The position numbers and the translations under genes are program-made. Positions 1 through 13,800 of a stretch of DNA of 64,000 nt are shown piece after piece. Under the pieces are notes generated by a model. It did not search any database. It saw only the letters and a program-made list of their open reading frames with translations, and was not told the origin of the DNA. Source of the DNA: Eledone cirrhosa (lineage: Eukaryota); assembly GCA_964016885.1 (NCBI GenBank), contig OZ024741.1, positions 201,748,001-201,812,000 of the forward strand, given 5' to 3'. Position 1 is the first letter of the stretch. Each line of letters begins with the position of its first letter.

Positions 1-1434
1 ATTGCGCATGTCTGCGCTTCTCCCACCAGGTTTTCGACGACAAGCGCCAGCCTCTTTGCCAACACCTTGGCCAAAATCTGTAACTCTGTGTTGAGCAGAG
101 TTATGGGCCGGAAGTTGCCTATGTCACCCCCCTTGTTCTCGTCCTTCCTGACTAACGTCATTACACCCTTGGTCACAGAACTGGGAATTCTCCCGTTCTG
201 CTGCCAGTTGATCCGAAATCCATAGCCCCTCCCGGCGCGCCGCCCTGCCCGAACAGTTGAGCAAAGTGCCGTTGAAAGGCCGCGCACATTTGCTTCGGCT
301 CACGTATCACGCGTCCGTCTTGGTCTTTCAAAGACCGAATCATGGACTTGTTGCCACTTTTCGCCTCCGTCACTCGGGCCCAGCTAACAGCTTTGGCTCC
401 CTCATTTCCCAGAGCACGTATTTTGCTTCTGACAACGCAGTCTTCATGCTTTGCGTCGAAGAACTGGTCCAAGGCCGTTCTCGTCGCTAGCACGCTGGCT
501 ATGTTGCCACTCCTAAGTGCCTCTTCTACTTTATGTACCAGTTCCTTTTCGGTCTTATTTCTATCTAACACTAATTCTTTACTAAAACCTATCGAGTCTA
601 ATCTAACTGCCCTCTTGAGAGAGTACCACCATCTGTTGTTGACAATGGCCCCCGTCAAGTGCTGCTTAACTAAAGTGCTAATCCGTCTACTGTAGGCTTT
701 GCATGTCCGTAACGACAAGTTCAGCTTCCAGTAGCCGGGTCCCTGTCTATGGGTTTTGTCAAGGTTGACTAAGCAGGTCACTAATTTGTGATCTGAATAG
801 GCAACCATGAACATTTGTGGACAGCTTAACATGTCCTTATCCTTCTTTCTAACTAGAACCCTATCTAGGTACGATCTAGATGTTCCGCTGCGATTAGTCC
901 ACGTCCATAGTGGCACAGTCGGAAAATCTAGTCGATATCTATCGGCCAGGTCAAATCGGCCGATTAACTGTTTGAGGCTGTTACACCCCCCTCCATCTAG
1001 GATTCTATTCCAGTCCCCCACTAACAGCAGGGAGCGGGACGTTCCCAGAAAAGTCTCTAGACATTTGAAGAAGTCTGGCCGCGGTGTCCCGGATGGGGCA
1101 TATGCAGCCACCAACCTGAAGGCTCCACCTTCACTACCGTCAACGTCTAGGACCACCAGTCGACCCTCCGGGTCCAGATGTACCGTCTGTGTTACAAGGT
1201 CCAGGTGTTTCTGCAGCAAAACGGCAACCCCCACCCCCACCTCCCGGCTGACAGAGATGCGTAGCTCTCAAAGTCATCGAAGATGGAGGCCGGTTGTCGC
1301 TCGCTGTGGATCATGAACTCGCAAATGACTACTACATCCATGCTGTGCGACCTGAGGTAGTTTAAGAGTTTGCCCTGTTTCCAGGGCATCCCCAGGCCGC
1401 GTACATTCACACATCCAACTCTTATATTGGCCAT
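1..1434 (-). mobile_element. L1/Tx1-clade LINE ORF2 (APE endonuclease plus start of RT), frameshifted and internally deleted, running off the window edge
   Basis: Starts MANIRVGCVNVRGL; motifs GDWN, YLDR, SDH and GPGYWKLN. Bases 170->1 translate as KGVMTLVRKDENKGGDIGNFRPITLLNTELQILAKVLAKRL (early RT). Frameshift near 1240; deletion near 215. Confidence 0.9.
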
Positions 1435-1816
1435 GTTGGTACTGAAAAGTTAACAGAAGAAGAAAAGAAATCACTCATCTCTTCGTCTACTGGGGACCAG
1501 GCTGCACAATTTCCATGGGGGTGGTGGATTGGTGGTCTCTGGAAAGTAGGTTCATAGTTACTTTTATTTCTCTCCTCCAACATATTTCGAAAATTGCAGC
1601 AACATTTAGCACACAAGGTATGACTGCTGTGTTATTATCAAAACAAATTTCACCGGCAAATCAGGCGATTTTACGCGTGTTTGAGGCAACTGTGTATTGT
1701 TCCTGGGGTATACTATATTACTATGGCCTGCTAGATGGTGTGCAGATTCATTATTAGATAATAAAAAGACTAGTTCTGCAAGTTGTGTTAGATAGCTTAT
1801 ATTATTACTATTATTA

Positions 1817-2125
1817 CTAGCAGAAGAACCACTCTCCAGGTGGTTTTCTGCTAGCATATGTAGTGTGTATTTTGATATTATATGCAAATATATATGCATA
1901 TAGATATGATATGTAAATTGAAAAGTAAATTAACAATATGCACATAAATTGAATGTTATATGAACGCGAACGGAAGTTGACATTTGAAAGTTTTAACAGA
2001 ACTGAATATTGAAATAAGCAATACATTATATATAAGATTATTTATGTTTAATCAAGAGCTAAGAAATTTAGTAGATGAATTACATAATATTCATAATTTA
2101 TTCAAAGTAATCCAACTTATTTTAA
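1817..2125 (-). mobile_element. Non-autonomous Helitron family A, 5'-truncated copy
   Basis: 3' hairpin ctagcagaagaaccac...gtggttttctgctag ending in CTAG; body similar to 12083-12532. Confidence 0.7.
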
Positions 2126-2151
2126 TAACTGTTTCTACTAACGTGATGTAA

Positions 2152-2341
2152 AATGATTACTTCTACTTTTGGCACAAAGCCAGCAATTATCCCAGTGCAT
2201 TACTGGTGCTTTATTCTATCAACCCCATAAAGATGAAAGGCAAAGTTAACCTCGGCGGGATTTGAACTCAGAACGTAAAGAGCCATAACTCTACGTTACA
2301 AAGCATGGTGTCTGGCACTCCACCAATACTGCCAATCCACC
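2152..2341 (-). mobile_element. tRNA-derived SINE (Nin/Deu-domain-like)
   Basis: A-box tggcagtattgg, B-box gttcaaatccc, core ttgcctttcatc..ggggttgatag; 13-bp TSD aacgtgatgtaaa. Confidence 0.8.
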
Positions 2342-3891
2342 AACGTGATGTAAAGTAATAAACTGGAAACTGTCTGACAGTTCTGCAATCATTTTATATA
2401 AGATTGCTAGATCAATTCAGCAAGACTCAATATTATCATAATTCCATGCTAAGTATAGGAGGCAGTTTCTATAAATTTAAGAATGGATTATAATGTATAT
2501 CCACTTTGTAAAAAAAACTAACAACTGAAGGGTTAAGAAAGGACAAGTACTAACAGACAGCCAGAATATTTGCCAGTGTGCTTAATTGTCCCTACGATTA
2601 CATAATCCCATGTGTTAGTATGTTCAGTCTCCTACTTGTTAGATTGCTTGGATTTATAGGAAGTAATAGATCATGCTTGTATTAGTCTAGGTCAGTTTAT
2701 TTGAATTAACTTAGTAACTTGATTGAACCTATGATATGCCAGTCTAATTTTTCACTTCTATTTGGATTTTGGATTATGGAGTCGCTTTCTATCAAGAGTG
2801 TACCTCGACCATAATTACTATGGTGACTATGGTATATATCCTCTATCATAAGATTCTATGTGCCCCTCTTTCTGACCCAAATTACAATATTGGATTATAC
2901 CACCCTAGAGATTGCAACAAGTTCTGGTGAAATGAACATGTTATACCTCTAGTGATTTTCCTCCAATGCTACCTCATGCAATGGAGATAACATTTGACCT
3001 TCCCCTGATTAATATAAGCAGGATCTATTTATTCCTAAAAATCCATGTAGGATAGTGTTTAGCAAATTTTCTGTGCATGTAGGTTCATAACCGGATTTAT
3101 GATAATGTATATATCTTATAGACCACCCCTTCCTATCTTATTAGGGTCAGTTCAATGTGCTGAAGAGCCATACAGGTTAGAGAGAAGGGTGCTCATTCTG
3201 ATGGGTATAAGGAAGTAGGGTGTTGGCAACTTTCCTTTGGGAATTGTTTGTATAGTTCTACCTTATATATATACATATGATGGCTGCAACTCATCTAGTA
3301 ATGCCATCATTTGATACTTAAGCATGAGTATTACAGACATGGCTTTTTAGTCCTGTTAGGAACTTGCCTATGGCCAGTAATGCCATGCATTGCAAAAAAT
3401 GTCACATATCTGACAATGCTTATGCTTGAATTTTTTAAAGTGAGGAAATGCTTTGCTCATGGCCAATCCTACTCTCTGAACATCGAATGCATTTAACCAA
3501 AAAATAGAACTGGACTACATCATTGGATGCAAATGAAGTTGCAGGTTTTATATCAGAGTGACCTTCTCCTAGAGAGATATTCTTAATGAAGTCACGCTCC
3601 AAAAAAAAAAAAAAATTAGATGGCCGTTGACTCTCCTGAGTTCCCTTTGACAAGTTTTGTTTCTCATCCTGCAGGGTGTCCAAAATACCCTCCTCACCAA
3701 GCAAGGTTGGTGTGGTTGCCATTTAGTCGTCAACAACCCGACCATGCACAAGTTGTACTGCATTACATGTTATCAGGGGTGCTGAAGAACAACCTGACTT
3801 TATATATATATATAACAAAGAGGATGTGGTAAGATATCAGGTGGACCATAACACACCAGAGTACTCAATACTTAGCGTAGTAGAGTGGGTA

Positions 3892-4006
3892 ATATGAAAA
3901 GAGTCGGGACCCCAACGGCTGAGCTCCGGCCGTTTTGACAGCTAGATCGGATCTAGCTGTCGAAACAGCCAGAGCTCAGCCGTCGGGGTCCTGACTCTTT
4001 TCATAT
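3892..4006. repeat. 115-bp near-perfect palindrome (57-bp arms)
   Basis: Arms 3892-3948 and 3950-4006 differ at 5 positions, all CpG transitions. Confidence 0.95.
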
Positions 4007-4043
4007 ATATATAGATGTGTAAAATCCTAACCACAGCACTACA

Positions 4044-4150
<107 letters not shown>

Positions 4151-4879
4151 AAACAAAATTTAATATAGAAATGGCTTCTACAGAACTTGTACTGACCACT
4201 GACAAGATATGTGGTCAGAGTAAGGTACCAGTTAGATGTAAAGGGATTCTGGTGGGGGGAATATTACTATCAGGTAGCTAGAAGGGCAACTAGATATCAA
4301 AAAGAAGCTGATAGCAAGGTGAATTTCTAATGTTTGGTAATGGGAGGATTAGAGGCATTAGGTGTTCAAGATTGCAAAGCAGTGCATTATTGTGAATCAA
4401 GACATTGGGAAGAAAATGTGTCCAGAATTACTTTGATGCAGTTAGCCTTACTGACACTCAAAAGAAAAAGGCATGGAAATGTTATGAGAAGTTACTAAGT
4501 GTGGAGAATGTGTTGTGTGGAGTAGGAACTACCCCAGTAGATCCAACAGAGGGCCCAGCTATTGGAATCAACAGTTATCTGGTTAAAAAGGCATTTAAAG
4601 ATATGGAGAGAGAAAAAAAGCCACTGGACCATCTAGGATAGTGGCAGAAATGCTGAAAATATCTGGCAAAGTAGAGCTTGATTCACTTGATTTACCAAAA
4701 CTAACTTTATTTTGTTTATCTGATGGAATAAATAAACAAATTAAGAAAAAAAATGCAACAAATAGTAAGATAAAAATGAAAGAAATTCTTTTATTTCTTT
4801 CTTCAGTAAGGGCTTCTTTGATGGATAGGCCTCATGATCAGGACGGATTTCTGCATTATTTGGGGCAATTTACCACTTC

Positions 4880-7800
4880 ACAATAAACAATATTTTTGTT
4901 TTTCTATTTGATGCATAGATGTAAATATTTTTCGTACTTCCTACTCTTGAACATCTGATGTAAAGCTGACCATGGGCGAAGCAGGGTGCTTCAAGCTGTA
5001 AACCAGCAACCGAAAATGTTTACCCTTGCAATTTGCCATGGGAAAACTAAGACTCACTGGAAATTGAAAATGTTTGAATTCAAATGGGACATCAGTGAGG
5101 ATCAGAGGAATTCTTGAGATGAACACATTCTCTCTCTTATCACATCCTGTTGAAATGGTGGCTTGAATCATGTGTGGATACATCTTTTTCACAACCAATC
5201 AACTGCCGTTGCATAGCCTTGGTAGGTCCACATTCCTGTTCCTTTGAAACACCTGGAATTCTTTTTAGCGGCTCTTGATTTATCAATTTAACTATCACAT
5301 TTTTGGGGGCCAATTAGCCCTTACACTGAGGCACTTGTGACTTGCAAACAGATTCCCAACATTAAGGAACACTTTCTGTGAGATCGGGTATGGATTCTGC
5401 CATCATGCCTATGGAATTTATATAAATAGCTCCCTTGCTATCTAGAGAAAGTCTTCTGTTCCCAAGCATTAAGAGATTTTGTGCAAACTGTCTTGCCTGT
5501 TCGTCTCCACCAAAATATGCCCTCATGCCTGTAGAGAGCTTGAAAATTTTGATTGAACTCTAAAGTGTCGAATTTTTCAAATAAACTTGGATTTCATCAA
5601 CTCTAGTATTGATGAAATCCAAGTTTATTTGAAATCCAAGTCTTTTGGAATGATCAGGAGAGTTTGTCAAAAATCTCCTGATAATACCACTGTGATTTCT
5701 CCCATTAGCATATTATTGCTTCTGATATTTTTCAATGTTTGGTTCACTGCTTTAAAGGCTTTTTTGTGCACCATTGTACACTCACCCCAGACTAATAATT
5801 CATACTTCAGCTATGTTTGAACTCTTCGAAATATTGCAAACCCCATGGTCACATTTCTGTATGTCAAGCCGAAGCTTAAATATGGAATGAGCTGTTCATC
5901 CTCTAGATCACAATGTGACAGTTAAGCCAGAGGAGGCTACTGCCAATGCAATTTTCTTTCGTTTTCTAGCTTTTGCTAATTATGGAGAGATCACAAATGT
6001 CTTCCCTGTACCCCCAGGCACATCTAGGAAATAGAGACCTCCTTTCTTATTCATGATATGATCGGACAATTTCATATACTGCTCTCTCTTCAGGCAACAG
6101 CCTGGGTTCATTTTCTTGAACATAACTGTTAAATGTTTGTATGTCATAGGATGTTTCTCTTAGAATTTCACGTGTTCTTTGTTTGTTGCTTTGAGCTACT
6201 GCAGGAAGTCCAAAGATCTTTGAATCTTGACCACCCATAAGAATGATTTTGGTTTCTATTTCAATCAATGCTTGCTGATAAATTTCATCTGTTGATTGAA
6301 TTTTTAAGTTAGGATTAGATATTTGTGCTTGATATTTGTATTTTTCTCATAGACCGATTGAGTTGCTAACCTCACATGTTTTGATTCGTGCAGCGAATAA
6401 AGCTCGTAGACTTGTAGGACTTCAAGAAACACCAGTATCTAACATCCCACTGAGAACCATCCACCAATAACCCTCTTATTAAGCATGCCTCTTTATACAT
6501 TGAACATGTATATCCATCAACTACTCTGCAGTTTTTAAAGAATGTTGGACTTTGAACAATGTGAAGTTAAATGCGCAAGTAGAAGCACTCACGTTGGTTG
6601 GGGTGAACCCCATACACACAGCTCAAAGTGCTGTCTAACATTATCCCAAGCCATTCATCTACAGCCAGGCCAAGCTTTCTTTGGGTTCTATTGTTTATTG
6701 TTCCACCTATAGTAGGATGAGACTTCATTGTAGAATAAAGTCCTGGCAAATGGGTCTTGCTTACATAGTGTGAAAAAACCTGTAAGTGTTGTTGGTCTTG
6801 AATCATTGACTATTTGAGCAGCCTTTTGAGGTTGAAAGTAAACCCTTTGTTTATTTTCCACGTGCACTGCCAACTTCTGAATCGAGGGAAATATATAATG
6901 AAGGGGAAAGCCATAAATCTTCCAAAATGCCTCAGTGAAGGAGATGTATATGCCTGTTGGAATTGGGCAACCTCATTATAGGTTTTTCTCTTGAAGTGCA
7001 AACATTGTAGCATCTGAACCTTTCTTTATATACTTGCATACATATTAATTGATTTCACACAGTTGCAGGATTCCACATTTATGTGATCATCAAAAATTTT
7101 CGAAAGTAGAGGGTTATAAGGCACAACCCAACTATGATCAGTTTCATGTTGTCTAATCTGTGCTGTAAACCCTCCATTGTCAGGACTTCTTCGTTTGTAA
7201 TGGGGATAACTGTCTTCAGCCATTAAGGTGTCTTTAATCAATGGCTTAGGATACTTTTTGGAGCACTTTTTCTTCTTTGTTCATACATGGAGAACTCATG
7301 TTGAAACGTTGACCACATGGATCATATGTGCTTTAACAATATCATACAATTCTCTACCAGTCTCAGGATTTTGGAGGTCAGCACAGATGATTGAGTCCAC
7401 CTCATTCAAATGGATTCTTGTCTTAAGCCAAATAAGAATGTGGACATGTGGAAGGCCACATTTCTGCCATTCCACTGTATACATATGGCATCTCACAAGT
7501 CCAAAGATTTGTGACTTAAAATAAGGTTCATGAGCTTGATCACTTTCAGTCAGAACACCTTGGCTATTAGGTCATATCAGTTGATGTATGTCTGTCCAGG
7601 AAGGAGTTCATCCTGAATTTCTTTCCATTTATGGTTGTGCATGAACATTATGAATAAACATGGCTGTCCATATTTTCTAACGTACGTCAATGCATCTTGT
7701 GTCCGTTCACTCATGTATTGTGGGCTGCCCACAGGAATGGATGGAAGGATTCAGAGTTTTCTAATGTCATTGCCATCGGCGTCAATATATTGATGGCATC

Positions 7801-9430
7801 CTTCAGAGGTTCATAGTCGTCCACTCACAGCTGTTGTTAATGAATCTTGATGCAACCTCTCTGCCTCAGTTTTGGTGAACAAGTTGGCAGCAAACTGGTG
7901 GAATAGGTTTCTATGAGGCATGTTGAATAACTTACCTCTTGTGGCATGAAATGAAAAGTATAAAATTCTTTGCAAGAAACTTTAGGAGCTATTTATTTTG
8001 AATTTGGGCCAACCTTAGGAATATTAAAATGGTAGCCATTATCCTCAAACCAAAAATACTGGATACTGGAGGGTGTTGTATAATCTGTAAACTTTGTTGA
8101 TTCTTTGAAGAGGCTCATTTTGATTACAGTGCCTTATCACAATGTCACATTCTCCAAATTCATCCCCAGTCATCAAAACAACCACCTCGTTGCACAACAG
8201 AGGATAAATCGTCATGTACTCGCCAGTAGGTTTCTTTTCTGCATCTATTTTTACTGAAATTGTATGGTTGGAGCTATATTTAGAGCATATTTAAGTCTTT
8301 TCATAGTTGTGCATATGTAACATGAGGATGATTTTGAATCTTGTTCAAGAATGTTGTGATAGTCTTGCTTCAGCCTGCTTCCTCATGTCGTTCAAAATAT
8401 AAAATTGACGTTACTGTGGCTCTTCATTTGGCGAGGAACACAAAAAAACAAGCCTATGGTACTTTTTGCCTAGAATCTTGAAAGTGAGCATAAAACCAGG
8501 GTCTCGAGTGACATTTGCCCCTAATGAAATCATTTCAAATGCAAAGTTATACCTTTGAATATTATCCAAAATATGCTTAGATTCTTTAGTCTTTCCAGTG
8601 AGAAGGGTCTTTAAAAGTTCTAGGGGCTCATTTGTAGTATTTAGCTTCACTTTGCCATTAGAACTGCACAATCCCTCAATTTCTGCCTCCCATTTTAAAG
8701 CTCCACAATGTATGTATTGTTTCTTCATGGAACCAATGCAAACTAAAGGATCAAGCGCTTACACAAAAGAATGGTCATACATTAATGGTTCCATTCAACC
8801 ACTCTTTCTTGGTGTAAGGGGCATTTCGCATATTGGTTAACCTGATTCTCATGTTGTTCAGCCATTTATCCCTTTGCTCTTGACTCCCGAGTGCTCTTGT
8901 TTTAGAAGCTTAACATTTAATCCTTTAGCATTTAAACCGGTCATATCCTGCCAGAATTCTCTCACCTCTTCCTGTTCAAACTGGTTATAACTGGCCACAC
9001 ATACTGACATTAACGTATTGTTCTCAAAATAAATAACATCAAAATCTCATAGATTCAATATTATGTAAGGTAAAGCCTTTACTGAAAAAATACAATAGTA
9101 TATGTAATGTAAATGCTAAAGGGTTAATCAATGTACCTTCTGCTTGACTGTCTCCTGAGTCCATGCTCATTTTCACATATTTTCAAGTTGGTTCACTCTC
9201 AGATCAGCTGTCTCCTGAGTTTGTGCAGCCAAGGCTCTTGTGAGCTTACCAACAAATCAATGCATCCTCTGCTCAGGTGTCTCCTGAGACCATGCAACAA
9301 AGGTTCATGTTCACATATCATCAAGTCTATTCCTTCTCTGTTCAGATGTTTCCTAAGCTCGCTGATGATGACTTGTGAAGGTCTTTCTAGTCTGTCGCTC
9401 TAATGAAATTCCTCACTTTTTAGGCATCTG
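4880..9430 (-). mobile_element. Decayed autonomous Helitron (Rep-Helicase pseudogene)
   Basis: Fragments in the expected order: Zn-finger HCGALKW..GLCSSNGKV, HUH Rep motif VEWQKCGLPHVHILIW, YPHYKRRS, and PIF1 C-terminus ISRIPL..FQFPVSLSF. Many stops and frameshifts. Confidence 0.9.
8921..9123. mobile_element. piggyBac-like MITE family 1, inserted in the Helitron
   Basis: TIRs (t)cctttagcattta / taaatgctaaaggg with TTAA on both sides. Confidence 0.85.
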
Positions 9431-10039
9431 GTATAGGAACAAAACAGTAAAATGATGTAAAAGTGTTATTACTGCAGTATTTCAATACTCACCATCTAGA
9501 TATCACTTGTCTCAGGTTGGATTAATAATACTGTCATACATGCATACACAAATACACTCTCCCTTTATCAACCATTGTGAACGGACTCGCTATTTGTTAC
9601 TCAACCACACTACTCAATTACAATCTGTTGTATCAATACTTGAAATACACCTTCCATAATAGCATCTTCACTTCTTTTATTATAACACTGGTGTGAAATA
9701 ATGATGTAGCAACAACTATATTCACATAATTTATGTATCTTTTGCACATATGAATCATCTGCAAAGATCCTGTTCGCTGCCAACATTCCAAGATTCTACA
9801 CATGGGCTAATAAGAGCTTGGAAAGAAGGAATGTTAGAATAAGAGTGAAGGAATATCCAGGTTTGTTTTGAAACCAGTCTTCTAGGTGAAGCATACATTG
9901 TTTCTTCTTGAGGTGGTTATGTGTACTATTTGTGGCGGCTTCTCCATCACATAAACTAACCAGTGGTTTTTGGAATCCTTGAAGACACATCAAAATATCA
10001 TTCTTACATTCAAAGATATTGGCAAAAGAAAGGGATTAT

Positions 10040-10250
10040 TAATTTTTAATTTAGGTATAAAGTTAGCAAATTTGGGAGAAGGCCAAAGTTGATTAAATCA
10101 ACCTCAGTACTTGATTGGTACTTTAATTTATTGAACCTGGAAGGATGAAAGTCAAAGTTGATCTTGGTGAGATTTGAACTCAGAATGTGAAGAGCTAGAA
10201 CAAATGCCACAATGGCATTTTATCCAGCGTTCTACCAATCCATCACCCTT
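10040..10250 (-). mobile_element. Degenerate tRNA-derived SINE
   Basis: Similar to 2152-2341 (gatgaaagtcaaagttga..gatttgaactcaga). Confidence 0.65.
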
Positions 10251-10548
10251 AATTTAGTTGAACTACTGACCTCTCAGATGAGCTGGGGGCCTATATCTTG
10301 TTTACATAGATTCCCATACTCTCTCAGTTGTTCAGGCAGGCCAGAGGGCCTCTCTCGCTCACATATGATCCAATGTTCTACCAAGTTTATTTTGTCAAAG
10401 CACCAGCATTAGGGTGGTTGTCATGTCTTTGATACAATTGAAGAGTCCTTCCTTTATTCATATTATTCAGTTCCCTTCTTTTTATATCAACATCATTAAC
10501 AAAAACAAAGTAATTGAATTATTTAATTATGACTTCTTTTTTTTCTAG

Positions 10549-10854
10549 CCTTCTGTGAGTATGTCTGATGGGGAAGAGAAACATGAAGAAGAAACAGCAT
10601 GTAATGATGAGGAATTTGAGAATGATGAGGGTCCTGATGTTGAAGGTTTGATAGACCGTATGGTCACCCTTTGTCCAAGAACTAAACGACCTACAGAGAT
10701 GCAAAAAGACAACCCTCCAGAACTTCCACCAAAAAAGAAGCACCACCAACAGCAAAATGGTGAAATTCAACATAATTCAGAGAATGGAAGTCCATTTTCC
10801 CAAGAAGAAAAACCACCCATGCTACCTCCAAAACGTCGGGAGAAGAAGGAAACT
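10549..10854 (+). CDS. MAP4K3: MAP4K3/5-like exon: acidic, proline-rich linker
   Basis: ttttctag| ... |gtatgt; PPELPPKKK and PPMLPPKRR; phase 0 into the next exon. Confidence 0.85.
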
Positions 10855-13800
10855 GTATGTTTATATTTAATTTATTTTATTTTTGATAATTGTTATTTCT
10901 CTCATTCTTTTTTGGAGGGATTTTTAGGATTTAAAACAAGCAATATTAGTGAACAAAATACTTGATAGTTACACTGTGCACTAGTTGCTCACAATAAACA
11001 ACTGTAGTTACATATGGGACCTATTTTCATCTAAGGAGTTGAGAAAATATCTGTCTCTGTTTCAGTCATATATGACACTTGAGAAGAGGAATAAGTTTAC
11101 TGAATCTGGTTTAAAAGATAGATAAATGTTCAGAAACTGACTAAACTTAACTTTCTAAAATGCTTAGTTATTACAACCTCTTTCTTTATCAGCTCTCAAT
11201 AGATTGTATAGCTAATAGAATGTATTTCCTACATTAAATGAGACATGGGAATAAATGATTTCAAACATCAAACTAGAAATATTTGTTTATCTTAAATACT
11301 AACTTTATTTTGAGATAATCATTGACTGATCTGTAGAGAATTAATGTTAACCCTTTAGCATTTAAACCGGCCATATCCAGCCAGAATTCTCTCACCTCTT
11401 TCTGTTCAAACTGGCTGTAACTGGCCACTCATACTGATGTTAAAGTATTGTTCTCAAAATAAATAATATCAAAATCTCATAGATTCAATATTATGTGAGA
11501 TTTTATGTAAGATAAAGCCTTTACCATGAAAATACAATAGTATATATAGAGTAATGTAAATGCTAAAGGGTTAAATGAAAAATTAACCAGCCTTACACTA
11601 GGCAAATTCAATGTTGGCTGATGCTTCATATTCATTTATTGAATTGTTTTACCTAACCATTTTTTATAAATTCATTTATTTGCCCTTTATTTTCCTGAAC
11701 TTTTTAGACTAAAAACCGACCTGTCAGTAATGGGCTTCCACCAACTCCAAAGGTTCATGTAAGTAATGTATATTAGTTTTGTTTGCACTACTTATATTCT
11801 AACAATCTGACCTGAAAGAAATTCTGAGAACCTTGGCATAAAAATGTTAAATTTAACCCTTTTGATACCAACCTGGTCAAAACTAGATCTGGTTCTATAA
11901 ATCAAAACTACCTATTTTAAAACTCTCCTTTTTAAATTAAAATCTTCCAACATAATTTGATATAAAAACCTTTTAAATTGTGCCACAAACACCATCTTAA
12001 TAATGATATAAGCAATAATTGTAGTAACGCCTTCCAAATTCTTCATTAATTTATTGAAATACAATGTGTGCCATTAGAAATACTAGCAGAAAAACGACCC
12101 TTAGGGTGGTTTTCTGCTAGCATGTTGTAGTGTGTATATTATACGCAAGTATATATACATGTAGATATGATACGTCAAATAAAATCATAATTGACAATAT
12201 ACACAGAAATTGAACGAAGACTGTGTTACACTCTCTTATGTAATCAGTAACGTAATCCATGATACATTTAAAAAAAAACGATATTATATATAAACTGCAT
12301 TAGGAGAAAATTAATGTTTATTTAAGCGATTGCCACTGGAAGTGTTGACATTTGAAGATTTTAAAGAATTGAATCTTTAAATAAATAATAAAATATATTT
12401 AATGAACAGCCACAAAATTTAGTAGATAAATTATGTAATATTTATTCAAAGTAATCCAACTTATTTTACTAAGGGGATACAAAATTATAAACCGTATGCA
12501 GTCCCGCGCTTCTTACTTTATTATAGTTTAGATGGTAACCAAAATGTTAAAAATTATTTAGATTATTGGATCAAGATAGCTCAGAAACAGAGACTTTGGA
12601 TATAGTAACTTGTGATATGACATGGGTTTTCACCTGGAAAGTTCTTTTCTGGGGTGCAAGCTTGAGCAAGGTGTTTTGTGGAATACCAGCAGTCTCTTAT
12701 GCATGCCAGTCTTCCCTTTTCACACCACAGATATTGTCCAAGGGAAAAGCATAGGCTGATACAACTTGGTACAAGTGTCAACACAACTCATTTTTTTCCA
12801 GCTGAGTGAACTGGAGCAATAAAAAATTAAAGTGCTCAAGGACCAGTCTTTAAATCGAACCCTCAACACTACATTCATGAGAAAAACACCCTAACCACTA
12901 AGCCATGTTCTTTCATGATATACTTCATAACATTAAAAAGTGTCCAAGTTCTTAATCTAGACAAATTGTACACCACCCATGAGTCATGTGTTTGAAACTA
13001 AAATATACTTCAATATTTTTATTTTATTTCATTTTCTACATAATTGACTGCATTTAGGTTTTATTAATGGTCTTTATTTTATTCTATGCTGCACAGTTAA
13101 TCACAGAAAGATACCATATGTCTCAAAAATGTCAAAAAACGCAAAAATGTCTCACCTTCATCAATTTTAATTAGTTTAAGAATTTTTCTCATTTATTAAT
13201 AATTATTTAAAATCTTCCATGTATATTCTTTGATTATGCTGTTTACATAATCACTGTCAGATAACAGTGTACTAGTTAGTATTTGAACTAAATGTTGACA
13301 TATGTTACTGCACTTCATTTTGATAATATTGTACGCCTTCCTGAAATATTCCTTTAAAAAATCTGTTTAACCCTTTCATAACCATATTTCATATGAAACA
13401 CACTGCCTATAAAATCATCAAAAATTTGGAGGGATTCAGTAATATAATTAACAAATTATTAAGCTAGAATACATTCAAGGTTCTTTCATAAAAATTGATG
13501 GAAGGTTTTTGGTGGTAGGAAGGGTATCCAGCCATAGAAACCAAGCCAAAAAAGAGATCTGTATTAGCCAAACATAGTCACTCGGCCTGACTTGTTTCAT
13601 AATGTGACAACTCATCTAACCCAAAGGTTCTCAACCCATTTCGGCCAAACGAAATCACGAAACGCCCCCTACCCTATTTTTCCATTTTTCAATATACTAC
13701 TGATTTTGATATCAGTAGATTATTGGGCCAAATCAAGTTATGTTAGAATCTTTAAAAAAATCTTTAAAAAATACTCGTACGAATTAAATACAAAAAAAGT

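Noticed and set aside
257-1316. Plus-strand ORFs opposite the L1 (also 17984-18706, 49258-49560, 58458-59485)
   Set aside because: Antisense shadows of TE coding sequence.
2540-3790. Possible highly decayed piggyBac transposase (HLVV..YCITC-like end)
   Set aside because: Motifs too eroded and no paired termini found; needs a translated HMM search.
10855-10965. Tail of ORF 10555-10965
   Set aside because: Read-through into the intron past the gtatgt donor at 10855.
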